In this document: in pieces, positions 9,117 through 18,579 of the stretch | Layout of the letters: each line of letters starts with the position of its first letter | Position numbering within the stretch: position 1 is the stretch's first letter | From: a phage | Length of the DNA stretch: 64,000 nt | NCBI GenBank assembly: GCA_024683775.1 | Contig: GCA_024683775.1_4106.1 | Reading direction: 5' to 3' (one strand) | Position numbers and translations under genes: made by a program | The notes under the pieces: generated by a model | Told to the model about the DNA's origin: nothing | Seen by the model: the letters and a program-made list of their open reading frames with translations, nothing else | The model's database searches: none

Positions 9117-9491
9117 ATGACTACTATATATGACATTTTAGGTGACTTGAATAAAAATATAGATAATGATTTTGTTATTGTTCAAGATACTAGAAATTTA
9201 TTTCAACTACCAATAGGTTCACCAGATAGGTTAATTTTTAATAGATACGCAAAAACACTGACATACCTACACGATGGTATGGTTATATTGGTACTTGATA
9301 TTAAAGAAAATACAATACGATATGCATATGACTTCAAAGATTATTGGTCAAGAACCCATAGTATTGATATTGAGGAAGAGGAACTATTCCAATTGTCATT
9401 GATTGAGGAAAATGTAATAGGAATTACAGAAATTGATATTGTTAAAAAAGCATTAGACTATACAAATATAAAAATTAATGGTGAGCTATGA
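9117..9491 (+). CDS. acidic-FQxS motif paralog family protein
   Basis: Motif 'EEEELFQLSLIEE'. The ATG at 9117 avoids overlap with the upstream gene; 9096 is an alternative. Confidence 0.6.
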   Translation: MTTIYDILGDLNKNIDNDFVIVQDTRNLFQLPIGSPDRLIFNRYAKTLTYLHDGMVILVLDIKENTIRYAYDFKDYWSRTHSIDIEEEELFQLSLIEENVIGITEIDIVKKALDYTNIKINGEL

Positions 9492-9943
9492 TGGAAATTG
9501 ATGAAATAAAAAATCATTTTGAAATTGCATTGTCTTGTAAATTTGATGGCTCTTATGTTCCTGATCCAGAAGAGATAATTAGAATTTCCACATCGTTTTC
9601 GGAAGAGTACAATGTTCTTATTGAGAAAACATATGACAGTACGGAACTCGCATTTTACAATAAGAATTCACGAACAACAACATTTATATTATTATATAAC
9701 ACAACATCGGATTTAATAGAAATTATAACATGTAAAACAATCAAAGATGTACATTATGAGACTATATCAAATGTGAGTTATTGTTCAACTGAAGAAGGAT
9801 ACTTTCAGGAATCTCTTGTTAAAAATTTAACAGTTAGTTATTCTGATTTAAGCACTATAATCAATTGTGTTGAAAAGCTAAATGATTTCGTTCTATCTAT
9901 GTTTGATATCACAGAGCAAAACCCGAAGGTAATCAAATGCTAA
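9488..9943 (+). CDS. acidic-FQxS motif paralog family protein
   Basis: Motif 'TEEGYFQESLVKN'. ATGA overlap upstream. Confidence 0.65.
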   Translation: MMEIDEIKNHFEIALSCKFDGSYVPDPEEIIRISTSFSEEYNVLIEKTYDSTELAFYNKNSRTTTFILLYNTTSDLIEIITCKTIKDVHYETISNVSYCSTEEGYFQESLVKNLTVSYSDLSTIINCVEKLNDFVLSMFDITEQNPKVIKC

Positions 9944-10392
9944 ATCCAGGACAGTTTTTCCATTTACTTAGTATTACACCTATACCGGATTTAATCAGTG
10001 AAGCGAATCAATATCGTGATATAGGAATTGTATCTATGGAATACGATTCACCTGACTTTAAATGTTACGTAACATATGATTTGGTAGCCTATGAGTCAGA
10101 AACTGAGATAAAAAAACCATCATACATTTTTGTGTTCATATATAATGATTATAGTGGTGATCTACTCAATGATGTTCATATTGACACATTTGAAATATGT
10201 GATAATATTATAACAGATGATTCATCATGTACATTTGATTTATCAGAAAACAGTACTGAAGAGGCACTTTTTCAGTTGAGTACTGTTAGTGACACTGTAC
10301 TAACTCTTGATGACATTGAGAAATTTAAAGAACAGCTTGACGCAGTACGTGAGATGTTCTATAATCATTATCCAGAAATCGAGTTCAAATAA
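9937..10392 (+). CDS. acidic-FQxS motif paralog family protein
   Basis: Motif 'TEEALFQLSTVSD'. Confidence 0.65.
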   Translation: MLNPGQFFHLLSITPIPDLISEANQYRDIGIVSMEYDSPDFKCYVTYDLVAYESETEIKKPSYIFVFIYNDYSGDLLNDVHIDTFEICDNIITDDSSCTFDLSENSTEEALFQLSTVSDTVLTLDDIEKFKEQLDAVREMFYNHYPEIEFK

Positions 10393-10406
10393 CTAAAGGT
10401 ATCAAA

Positions 10407-10667
10407 ATGACTAAAGTAGTTCGTAAACGCCACATGATGAACATGGATGAATTTCGCACCTTTGACAAATACCGTACTATGTTTCGTATGCTGTCACAGG
10501 GCCGTCCAATCGTCATTGTAACGGAGAATTACATGTCACCTGAGATGATGTTCGGTAATTATGAAAAGGTCTTCATGTTGTACGTGAAGCGTGAATTGCT
10601 AACGATTAAGACCTTAGCTGAAGCTACAGATGAAGATATGGATGGTGATAATACATTTACCATGTGA
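10407..10667 (+). CDS. hypothetical protein
   Basis: 86 aa ORF. Confidence 0.5.
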   Translation: MTKVVRKRHMMNMDEFRTFDKYRTMFRMLSQGRPIVIVTENYMSPEMMFGNYEKVFMLYVKRELLTIKTLAEATDEDMDGDNTFTM

Positions 10668-10745
10668 GGAAATATATGGCAGAAAAACCAAAAGAACCAT
10701 TGGACCGTGATGATGATTTTTACGACGAACGATATGGGGAATCAG

Positions 10746-10997
10746 ATGAGTGAACATCGTGCAGTACTTAAAAAGATTTTAAATGAACTTGGTGATGAGT
10801 TTAATGTTACTGAAGAAGAATATCAATGTTGGAAGAAGGATTTTGAACTCCTTGCTGAGTATGATAAAGTCTTCAATATGATTGGTGTCATTAGCCAGTA
10901 CTTACTTGGTGGTGGTCGAGCCAGTGCTTCAATTCTTGCATCTGCGATCATCTGTACTTCTCGATGGTGCGATGAAAAAAGTCTGGAAGATTTCTAA
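10746..10997 (+). CDS. hypothetical protein
   Basis: ORF 10707..10997 in the track. The ATG at 10746 ('MSEHRAVLKK') overlaps the stop of a possible 25-codon upstream ORF at 10676-10753. Confidence 0.45.
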   Translation: MSEHRAVLKKILNELGDEFNVTEEEYQCWKKDFELLAEYDKVFNMIGVISQYLLGGGRASASILASAIICTSRWCDEKSLEDF

Positions 10998-11049
10998 ATA
11001 AGATGCTATAATGTATTATAGTACCTTAACAATATAAAAAGGATTTTAT

Positions 11050-11910
11050 ATGAAACCTATCAGAGTACTGTCACTTTTTAATGGAATGAGCGTTGGATAT
11101 ATGGCATTGGCAGATGCAGGTATTCCAGTTGAAAAATATTACTCATCTGAAATTGACAAGTACGCAATTGCTGAATCTTCCGAGAATTTTCCTGATATTA
11201 TCCAGTTAGGTGATGTGACTAAGTGGAAAGAATGGGATATTGAGTGGGATAAGATAGATTTACTCATGGGAGGATTCCCATGTCAAGCCTGGTCTGTTGC
11301 TGGTAAGCAAGGTGGCTTGAATGATATACGTGGACAGTTATTTTTGGTTATGGTTGATATTTTTGAGCACATCAAAAGTGTAAATCCAAACTTGCAATTT
11401 CTGTTCGAGAATGTTAAAATGAAGGAAGATTTCAAAGAATACATTAATAGTATTTTAGGAATCACACCAGTACTGATAAATTCCCAGCATTATACGCCTC
11501 ACTTCAGGCAGAGATACTACTGGTGCAGTACTGATAAGCTTTTTATACCACCTGCATTATCAAATGCCCCTAAACTTCAAGATATCATTGAAGATGGTTG
11601 GTATACTGACAGAACCGCTTCGTACTGTATAGATGCTAACTATTTTAAGGGTGGTGATTGTAACCAGTACTTTAATAAATCAAGACGACAGTTGGTGTTT
11701 CGTGACCCAACGATTAATCGTCAATATCTATTGGAGAATGGTAAAAGAAATATTGACTATAGACACTTAAGTGTAGTAGAATGTTGTAAATTACAGGGTA
11801 TTCCTGTAGATTTCTTTAAAGTGTCTAGTAAGACACAAGCATACAAAATGCTTGGGAATGGATGGACTATGCCAGTTATATCACACTTACTAAGAGAGAT
11901 ATTCTTTTGA
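11050..11910 (+). CDS. C5 cytosine-specific DNA methyltransferase (orphan; no nuclease partner seen)
   Basis: Motif I 'VLSLFNGMSVG', motif IV 'GGFPCQAWSVAG', motif VI 'FLFENVKMK', motif VIII-like 'QRYYW' and motif X 'GNGWTMPV'. Confidence 0.85.
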   Translation: MKPIRVLSLFNGMSVGYMALADAGIPVEKYYSSEIDKYAIAESSENFPDIIQLGDVTKWKEWDIEWDKIDLLMGGFPCQAWSVAGKQGGLNDIRGQLFLVMVDIFEHIKSVNPNLQFLFENVKMKEDFKEYINSILGITPVLINSQHYTPHFRQRYYWCSTDKLFIPPALSNAPKLQDIIEDGWYTDRTASYCIDANYFKGGDCNQYFNKSRRQLVFRDPTINRQYLLENGKRNIDYRHLSVVECCKLQGIPVDFFKVSSKTQAYKMLGNGWTMPVISHLLREIFF

Positions 11911-11912
11911 AC

Positions 11913-12392
11913 ATGAAGAACTACCCCACCTATACTGAACGTGTAATGAAATTTCAACGTCAGTCATCAAAGGAAGAATTAGAATTTAATTTGTACTATC
12001 CTAATATTGGTGATGAGGTATTCTATTGTTCTCATACAAAGAATGGAACTTTACTTAAATCTGGTAAAGGTATTATTGTTGATATGATTAGCACTTTCAA
12101 AGGTAAACTTAATGTAATGTACAAAGTACAAGATTCAAGTACTGAGTGCATTCATGAAGTGATGCATAATATACCTGCATATCCAAAGGATTTTGTTGAG
12201 CTAATATCTCGAAGGGAGAAACCTATGTTTTATTGTGGTTATGACAAACTAACCAAACAAATTATTCCTAATACTATGGGAAAATTTAAAAGTGATGTTA
12301 AAACTGAACTTAATAAGAAATTAGGTTCATCATGGGAAACTGAAAACGAATTCATCGAAATTCGTTTGATTGAAGTTACTATACTCGATTAA
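11913..12392 (+). CDS. hypothetical protein
   Basis: ORF 11862..12392 in the track. The ATG at 11913 removes the overlap with the methyltransferase gene. Confidence 0.5.
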   Translation: MKNYPTYTERVMKFQRQSSKEELEFNLYYPNIGDEVFYCSHTKNGTLLKSGKGIIVDMISTFKGKLNVMYKVQDSSTECIHEVMHNIPAYPKDFVELISRREKPMFYCGYDKLTKQIIPNTMGKFKSDVKTELNKKLGSSWETENEFIEIRLIEVTILD

Positions 12393-12398
12393 TTACAG

Positions 12399-12422
12399 AT
12401 CCACGCTATGCGTGGATTTTTC
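12399..12422 (+). terminator. intrinsic terminator
   Basis: ATCCACGC-TAT-GCGTGGAT hairpin followed by TTTTT. Confidence 0.7.
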
Positions 12423-12434
12423 ATAGGTGCATAT

Positions 12435-12950
12435 ATGACAGTTCCTTATGTTAAAATTATTAATAATATCCTTGATTCGTGGGAAGATGTTATTACTGGT
12501 AAAAAGAACCCAATGCCAGTACACGCACTAACCGGAAGACTACAATTCAGAACGTCAAACAAAACTGAAACTTTTAATAATCATGATGTTCACATTACTA
12601 TAAAATCACCTGTACGTATTGTAATTAAAAAAAATCAAGATGATGAATTGACATTATCTATTGGTAGTGATAAAATCATTTTGAGTAATTTATCCGAAGA
12701 AGAATTCTTTCAACGTAGTACTATCATCGATATGAAAGATTTCACATATGAATCATTGGTTGAACTCAATACACGTTTCAACGATATTCAGGAACGATTG
12801 CGACCAATCCTCGGTAAAGAAGAGGAAGCCTGGAATGAAAGTGTGAGAAAGATGCAAGAAATGTTGAAAGAAAATATTAACAATCTGGGTAAAGCTACAA
12901 TGGAATTTGGTAAATCTTTTAAACTGAACTTTTCAAAGGATCGTAAATGA
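12435..12950 (+). CDS. acidic-FQxS motif paralog family protein
   Basis: Motif 'SEEEFFQRSTIID'. The track start at 12408 lies inside the terminator hairpin, so I prefer the ATG at 12435. Confidence 0.6.
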   Translation: MTVPYVKIINNILDSWEDVITGKKNPMPVHALTGRLQFRTSNKTETFNNHDVHITIKSPVRIVIKKNQDDELTLSIGSDKIILSNLSEEEFFQRSTIIDMKDFTYESLVELNTRFNDIQERLRPILGKEEEAWNESVRKMQEMLKENINNLGKATMEFGKSFKLNFSKDRK

Positions 12951-13402
12951 AAATTGATAATTTGATTCATGTCTTAGGGACTTTACATAAAATATTATCT
13001 CATGTAGATGAGATAAAGAAACTGGGACTTAACATCTCAAATTCAATTGAAACTACATTTAAATATCAATCAATTACTGGTGATGGTTATTACATAATCG
13101 AATATACTTATGAAACCGATCCAGACTTCTATCCTCTTACGTTGAGAATTTATCCAACAAATCCGAGAGGAATTCACGACATATCATCAATTTCACTTGA
13201 TCCAGATGGTGAAACGAGTATTGAATACAATAATGATTCAAAACCAGAATTTTACATTGATGATATTAAAAAGTTGTTCAATGATGAATATGTTTTCCAA
13301 CAAAGTACTGTGCATGATGTTGGTAGTACTACTGGGCAATTTTGGAATACATGTTATTATCATATGATTGAAATTTGTAAATTACTAAAAGGTGTTGAAT
13401 AA
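12947..13402 (+). CDS. acidic-FQxS motif paralog family protein
   Basis: Motif 'NDEYVFQQSTVHD'. ATGA overlap upstream. Confidence 0.65.
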   Translation: MKIDNLIHVLGTLHKILSHVDEIKKLGLNISNSIETTFKYQSITGDGYYIIEYTYETDPDFYPLTLRIYPTNPRGIHDISSISLDPDGETSIEYNNDSKPEFYIDDIKKLFNDEYVFQQSTVHDVGSTTGQFWNTCYYHMIEICKLLKGVE

Positions 13403-13785
13403 TGAAATACTGCATTGAAGTACATTACACTACAGGTGATACTGAAAATTGTTATGACGTTCTTAATACAATTGATATTCAATGGTCTTCTAAAGAGGAA
13501 GCAGTTGCTGCTTTACAGTGCCTAAAAGAGCATTGGGTGTTTTATATGAAGCAAGATAATTGCTATACAAAAGAACACGAAACGATCATGGAAAATGCTA
13601 AACAAAAAGAGTGGTTTGACCCAATATCACCAGAATATTCATTCTTAGTTAAAGTTGGTGATGTGACAGTTCCATTACGAACACCGTGGAACGGCTACTT
13701 TGAAACTCTTCATAATGCACGAGTTGTCGCTGTTGATAACCCTGAACAAATCGATTTCGATTCATTGGACTGGAAAAAACTATGA
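13402..13785 (+). CDS. hypothetical protein
   Basis: 127 aa ORF. TAATG overlap upstream. Confidence 0.55.
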   Translation: MKYCIEVHYTTGDTENCYDVLNTIDIQWSSKEEAVAALQCLKEHWVFYMKQDNCYTKEHETIMENAKQKEWFDPISPEYSFLVKVGDVTVPLRTPWNGYFETLHNARVVAVDNPEQIDFDSLDWKKL

Positions 13786-14225
13786 CAGTACTGCACCGAT
13801 TGAAGAAGGTTAAGCATCCAGTTGTATATGAGGACTGGAAACGACAGAAGTTGCTGGGTGATTTTTATTACCCAAAATCTAAAGTTCTTGCGAATTCAAG
13901 ATGTACATATTGCACACATAATGATAAAGATACAGTATTTGTCGAAATGGGTTTCCATCCATCAAACACAATGTTCACTACTAACCAAACGTTTTACAAA
14001 TTTCATATACAAAAAGATTCATTTACTGTTATGATTATAAAACATTTAGTTGAAGATCTGGCATTCAGTGAAGAACGAGTACCTTTATCATTAGTGGATA
14101 TTCCTTATAATAATTTAGAGGAAATGTACTTCCAACAGTTGACAGTACAAGAAAACTTTGGTATGATAGGACTTCAAGAGTTAGAGATGATTAAGCAAAT
14201 TCGTGATATCTACTTTAAGGAGTAA
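13782..14225 (+). CDS. acidic-FQxS motif paralog family protein
   Basis: Motif 'LEEMYFQQLTVQE'. ATGA overlap upstream. Confidence 0.65.
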   Translation: MTVLHRLKKVKHPVVYEDWKRQKLLGDFYYPKSKVLANSRCTYCTHNDKDTVFVEMGFHPSNTMFTTNQTFYKFHIQKDSFTVMIIKHLVEDLAFSEERVPLSLVDIPYNNLEEMYFQQLTVQENFGMIGLQELEMIKQIRDIYFKE

Positions 14226-14227
14226 CT

Positions 14228-14371
14228 ATGCCAGTACGTAACAGTACTTCACGCTTTACGCTTCAACAGAAAGCAGATCTTTTGAATATGGCAAACAAAG
14301 ATTCTAATTTTCACTATCTAGTACTCGGTGGTTCAGTTGAAAAGATTGACCTACGTGAGTGTATGAAATAA
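14228..14371 (+). CDS. small hypothetical protein (47 aa; not in ORF track)
   Basis: ATG 3 nt after the upstream stop. Fills an otherwise unannotated gap. Confidence 0.35.
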   Translation: MPVRNSTSRFTLQQKADLLNMANKDSNFHYLVLGGSVEKIDLRECMK

Positions 14372-14387
14372 CAAAAAGGGGACTAAA

Positions 14388-14558
14388 ATGAGTCTACGTG
14401 AATCATGGGAACAATTTAAAGAAGAGATTGGTTATCGTGGTGTCAAAATCGAACCAATCAATCGCACCGAAAGCATCAAAGCTAGTACTAATGGCACTAC
14501 CTATGATCGTTATGATGAAAAGTATGGTTTACATTCTAAACCAAAGGATACTGAGTAA
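14388..14558 (+). CDS. small hypothetical protein (56 aa; not in ORF track)
   Basis: GGGGA purine run upstream of the ATG. Fills a gap. Confidence 0.4.
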   Translation: MSLRESWEQFKEEIGYRGVKIEPINRTESIKASTNGTTYDRYDEKYGLHSKPKDTE

Positions 14559-14701
14559 TGGTGTATACTAATATTTTTACTGGTATTATGCGTAAGTTTG
14601 TTAATGGTATTGGATATGTATCCAATGACAACGGTAGTACATGGGTAAAAAATAATACGTCAGAATCTTTAGTGAAAAGTCTTCCGTATTATAAAGCTTG
14701 A
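14558..14701 (+). CDS. small hypothetical protein (47 aa; not in ORF track)
   Basis: TAATG overlap upstream. The TGA stop lies inside the next TTGACA. Confidence 0.35.
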   Translation: MVYTNIFTGIMRKFVNGIGYVSNDNGSTWVKNNTSESLVKSLPYYKA

Positions 14702-14726
14702 CACATGAAAATGGAGTATGTATAAT
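14698..14726 (+). promoter_or_regulatory. sigma70-type promoter
   Basis: TTGACA at 14698-14703, 17 bp spacer, TATAAT at 14721-14726. Confidence 0.6.
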
Positions 14727-14743
14727 ACTCCTATATTAATCAA

Positions 14744-15331
14744 ATGAGGATATACGAAATGGCTGGTGTTGATAAAATTTGTGAATTCAGTGGCGATTAT
14801 GAAGGTTACGAAATGTACAAGTCCAAGCGTAATCACATTCAAGTTCTGTCAAAGTACCGTAAAGAATTCCGAGGACACAAAGCAACATTGTATGTTTTTG
14901 AGAATGGATATTCTGAAGTTTTCACAAGTGGTGGGTATAGTACAGCTAACATGGCACATATCAACCCAAACCCAACTGAAGATGATTGGAATAGTGGTAA
15001 CGCTTTTCGTATTTCAATTTTGAATAAAATGAATCGTTACGACCGTTATTGTACATTCTTTGAAAATATTTCAGAATACAAGCAAGCATTAAAGAAATAT
15101 AATCAACGCTTACTAATGAATTATGATTACATTCTTCATGTTCCTACTGTTCCAGGTCAGGTTAATGGTCTGTATACGAACAGTACACATGATTTAACTG
15201 CGGTGAAGCGTCGCCTCAAACGTATGTTGGGTTGTGGTAATTTAACAATCAAGGTTATGCGTAATGAATCAATGTATAACTTTTTAAATGTACTACAATA
15301 CACATTGAAGGATAATAATGGAAACGATTAA
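14744..15331 (+). CDS. hypothetical protein
   Basis: 195 aa ORF. The ATG at 14759 is an alternative start. Confidence 0.55.
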   Translation: MRIYEMAGVDKICEFSGDYEGYEMYKSKRNHIQVLSKYRKEFRGHKATLYVFENGYSEVFTSGGYSTANMAHINPNPTEDDWNSGNAFRISILNKMNRYDRYCTFFENISEYKQALKKYNQRLLMNYDYILHVPTVPGQVNGLYTNSTHDLTAVKRRLKRMLGCGNLTIKVMRNESMYNFLNVLQYTLKDNNGND

Positions 15332-15515
15332 GTTTATGTTTGAGGTGTTTGTTGCATTCATCTTATGTGCTGTATCTATTGCTATTGCTTTAATCCCAGT
15401 AATCGTTTACCAAGTTAATGGTGGTACAGACCCAACAGTTGATCTGTTTCTTCGTTGCGTGGGATTCTGCATATGGTTGGCGATGTTTATGTACTATATG
15501 CATCGTGAGGATTGA
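15318..15515 (+). CDS. small membrane protein (2 TM)
   Basis: 'FEVFVAFILCAVSIAIALIPVIV' and 'FLRCVGFCIWLAMFMYYM'. Confidence 0.55.
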   Translation: METIKFMFEVFVAFILCAVSIAIALIPVIVYQVNGGTDPTVDLFLRCVGFCIWLAMFMYYMHRED

Positions 15516-16348
15516 TTATGTCATTGGAAAAAGTAATTATTTCTGAATTCCGAAAGTACATCATTGATTGTGATAGAGATACCCAGCGTAAGTTCAATGA
15601 GTATCTTGACAAATATCCATATTTGATGTTTAATCCATTTGAAACTCAATCCGATGTTAATCTTGGATTTTACATTGGGTTTACACAACGAATTCTACAA
15701 CAATATGAGATGAAACAGCCAGAGGTTTGGGTAGAAACTGATTCGAATGAGACGAATGTTTTTTATCTGTACTCTTATTATGCGGAAATTGTTAGTTCAA
15801 TGACGCTAGAAGGGTATCTATTCGTCAAAACATCTGATATTGAAAAAATATACATAGAACCTGTATCTTTGGATATGGTTGCCCAGCTTCCAACAGTTCA
15901 ATATTTGGATGCAAATGAGTTGACATATTCGGTGTTTGAGTACCTTAACCGAGACGATTTAACTCAAGAAATTGAGAATATGGTTTCAAAATATACCACA
16001 ACTCTTATATCTAATGGTTCACTTAGAATAGAACTGATTTACGACGATACTAGTACTAATGCAGTACGAGGAACTCGAATTGGAAAAGTTACTATACGTG
16101 TTGTCCACAATGATGTAGTACTTGGTTATATTTCGAAACGTGGTCATGACTTGTGTTTGATTAACACATATGTTATTGAACGAAAAGAATGGAACGATTT
16201 AATGCAAAAAATCGTAGACGGAAGTGGAATTCGTGATATAATGTGTAATGAGGTAGTGACAATTAATCCTGACATTGACTGTGATGTATATTTCCCAGTT
16301 CCTGGATTTACTCTACGTAATTTTGGTACATTAAAGGGTACAAAATGA
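15512..16348 (+). CDS. hypothetical protein
   Basis: 278 aa ORF. Overlap with the upstream stop. Confidence 0.55.
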   Translation: MIMSLEKVIISEFRKYIIDCDRDTQRKFNEYLDKYPYLMFNPFETQSDVNLGFYIGFTQRILQQYEMKQPEVWVETDSNETNVFYLYSYYAEIVSSMTLEGYLFVKTSDIEKIYIEPVSLDMVAQLPTVQYLDANELTYSVFEYLNRDDLTQEIENMVSKYTTTLISNGSLRIELIYDDTSTNAVRGTRIGKVTIRVVHNDVVLGYISKRGHDLCLINTYVIERKEWNDLMQKIVDGSGIRDIMCNEVVTINPDIDCDVYFPVPGFTLRNFGTLKGTK

Positions 16349-16635
16349 AAATTTTAGAAGTCTTACTTGAAAAGGATGCATCTGGCACACTTTATGTTGG
16401 TAATGAGTTCAGTCCTGATCCAATTGATATGATGCAGCGTATTCAAACACTGACCCAATCAATTTCAGTTAAACAACCTTTCCTAAAAGAATTGGAAATT
16501 CACTGCGATAAAGATATGGAACAACATGATAATGTTATTTCTGATATCAAAAGTCTATTGACAAAGAATGGATATGTGGAGTATAATCCTTCTATCGTAA
16601 TCGTTATCCCTGACTTTATGAAAGGAACCTTGTAA
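16345..16635 (+). CDS. hypothetical protein
   Basis: 96 aa ORF. ATGA overlap upstream. Confidence 0.5.
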   Translation: MKILEVLLEKDASGTLYVGNEFSPDPIDMMQRIQTLTQSISVKQPFLKELEIHCDKDMEQHDNVISDIKSLLTKNGYVEYNPSIVIVIPDFMKGTL

Positions 16636-16904
16636 TGACTAAAGAAGAAATGAAATCTCGCCTAAGCGAACTTAAGAAAGAACGAAAACTAGTCCGTTTG
16701 GACTGGGACATTCTTAACAAAAAAGATGAGCAATCATATGCTAACTGGAGTTCCGATAAAGTTCGTAACGACCGTTCCAAAGAAGACGCTAAACAGTTTA
16801 TGGCATTGACCAAACGTTTATCCTCACTGAACAGTGAAATTACAGGTCTTCAAAAGGAAATTATTTCAATTCTTCAATCGGAGATTAACTCACTGTATGA
16901 ATAA
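16635..16904 (+). CDS. hypothetical coiled-coil protein
   Basis: 89 aa, charged heptad-like sequence. TAATG overlap upstream. Confidence 0.5.
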   Translation: MTKEEMKSRLSELKKERKLVRLDWDILNKKDEQSYANWSSDKVRNDRSKEDAKQFMALTKRLSSLNSEITGLQKEIISILQSEINSLYE

Positions 16905-17193
16905 GCATGAAGTGATTCATTTTGATGGTAAGATTTATGTACCAAACAATGATAGTACTGAATCTTATTATCTAATCAATGCAATTATGTCAGAAACACA
17001 AACATGTTGCCGTCAGCGTCCAGGTGAGTATGAGTTCAGTCAGACCATTGGTTATTATCGTTATACTGAACTTGATAAATTTACAATCGATTCTAAAAAA
17101 GTTATTGACGTTCTCACGAAGAACGGATATAATGAATCCGAATCAAACGAAACAGAGTTACCAGTTGTGAAATTTGTTCTAAAAAATAATTAA
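16897..17193 (+). CDS. hypothetical protein
   Basis: ORF 16834..17193 in the track. I prefer the ATG at 16897 ('MNKHEVIHFDG') because it overlaps the upstream gene least. Confidence 0.5.
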   Translation: MNKHEVIHFDGKIYVPNNDSTESYYLINAIMSETQTCCRQRPGEYEFSQTIGYYRYTELDKFTIDSKKVIDVLTKNGYNESESNETELPVVKFVLKNN

Positions 17194-17260
17194 TTTTTGG
17201 GACAACGCTGAAAAGCATGATATAATGTATATTATCGGCAGATGTAAAAATGCAAACCAT

Positions 17261-17281
17261 TCCTCAATGATGAGGGTTTTT
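17261..17281 (+). terminator. hairpin plus T-run about 30 nt downstream of a TATAAT (17221-17226)
   Basis: TCCTCA-ATGA-TGAGGG hairpin followed by TTTTT. Confidence 0.5.
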
Positions 17282-17310
17282 CATAAAAAAGAAATAAAAG
17301 GGTATTAAAA

Positions 17311-17520
17311 ATGGCTAAAGAAACTAACGCACAAGTACTAGATATCACCGACTTCGACCGCACTGTGAACTACATTCAGTTCCAGATTCATCAAGCTGAA
17401 GAAGCTCTCGCAGTATTCCACGGTACTGGTGCAAGGCCAATCCGTTTTGCTCATCTAATTGCATGGAAGAAAAGTCTACAAGAAGAACTTTCTGAACTGC
17501 GTAAAGCAAACCGTAAGTAA
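17311..17520 (+). CDS. hypothetical protein
   Basis: 69 aa ORF flanked by terminators on both sides. Confidence 0.55.
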   Translation: MAKETNAQVLDITDFDRTVNYIQFQIHQAEEALAVFHGTGARPIRFAHLIAWKKSLQEELSELRKANRK

Positions 17521-17530
17521 TTGATTTCCC

Positions 17531-17558
17531 GCCTCATCAATGTTGATGGGGCTTTTTT
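17531..17558 (+). terminator. intrinsic terminator
   Basis: GCCTCATCA pairs with TGATGGGGC, followed by TTTTTT. Confidence 0.7.
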
Positions 17559-17585
17559 AATAAAATACAAACTGAGGATATATTA

Positions 17586-18092
17586 ATGAGTGTTGAATAT
17601 TGGTTTTTGTTTATATGTCTTGGTACACTAGTACTGATTACATTGGGCTTAATCTTCAATACGGTAATCAGTGGTAGTAATTACTTCAAGTCCTTTCAAC
17701 TTCTAATGTCAGCTATGCAGTACAGTGACGAGGCAGAAGAAACCACTACATTGATTTTGAATAAACTTGAAGCTAACTTACTGGTTGCTAAAATTTCTTC
17801 GTGTAATACAAATATTGTATTTTATGCATCACCCGTGGACATTAATGGGTACGAAATGAGTTACCAGCCAGCCGTTGCTGAAATTTTTATTGGTTCTAAG
17901 TATTATGCATATGGATATATCCGAAAGTATTATACTGAAGCAAAAGCCGAGCTAACAAAGAAACGACCGTCAATTAAGACATTAAAGCGTATCATCGCAC
18001 TAGAAAAGAAACTACGAGGTGATGTGACAAAAAATGATTCACCCACTGTAGTAAATACAAAGAAAAAAAATAACGTAGTGGAGTTGGATTAA
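17586..18092 (+). CDS. membrane-anchored protein (N-terminal TM)
   Basis: 'YWFLFICLGTLVLITLGLIFNTVI'. Confidence 0.55.
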   Translation: MSVEYWFLFICLGTLVLITLGLIFNTVISGSNYFKSFQLLMSAMQYSDEAEETTTLILNKLEANLLVAKISSCNTNIVFYASPVDINGYEMSYQPAVAEIFIGSKYYAYGYIRKYYTEAKAELTKKRPSIKTLKRIIALEKKLRGDVTKNDSPTVVNTKKKNNVVELD

Positions 18093-18397
18093 TGGACGCA
18101 GATAAATCAAACAGTATTCTTATTGATGTACAAACGAAGTTATTAGATGTTATGGAAATCATCAAAGATTTACCACAAGGATATCAGTTTAAAGTTCGTG
18201 AAATGTTATCTTGTGCAGAAACGGTTGTGTCTATGTACAATGATGTGCAGCATGGAATTATCCCTGAAATTCTTCAAGATGGTCTAAATATTAACACAAA
18301 GATTCCAGCACAAGAGCCTGAAGAGGTTGTTCAGCCTGAACCAGAACCTCCTTTACGTAAAGTACTGGATCTGTCTGGCATCAAAATTAACATCTAA
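18092..18397 (+). CDS. hypothetical protein
   Basis: 101 aa ORF. TAATG overlap upstream. Confidence 0.5.
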   Translation: MDADKSNSILIDVQTKLLDVMEIIKDLPQGYQFKVREMLSCAETVVSMYNDVQHGIIPEILQDGLNINTKIPAQEPEEVVQPEPEPPLRKVLDLSGIKINI

Positions 18398-18419
18398 AAT
18401 ACATTCAATAGGAGAAGTA

Positions 18420-18569
18420 ATGAGTAATCAAAAAATCGACTTAGTAGTAAAACTTCAAGAGATTCAAGCACTAGCTAAAGAACTTGATGAAAAACGTGCA
18501 GCAGCAGTTGATTCACTGTGTGCAACAATCCTGACTGTTTTTGCAGATTACGAAAAGAAATCTGATTAA
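18420..18569 (+). CDS. small hypothetical protein
   Basis: GGAGAAG RBS before the ATG at 18420. The track start at 18327 overlaps the upstream gene. Confidence 0.45.
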   Translation: MSNQKIDLVVKLQEIQALAKELDEKRAAAVDSLCATILTVFADYEKKSD

Positions 18570-18579
18570 ACATTACTTT

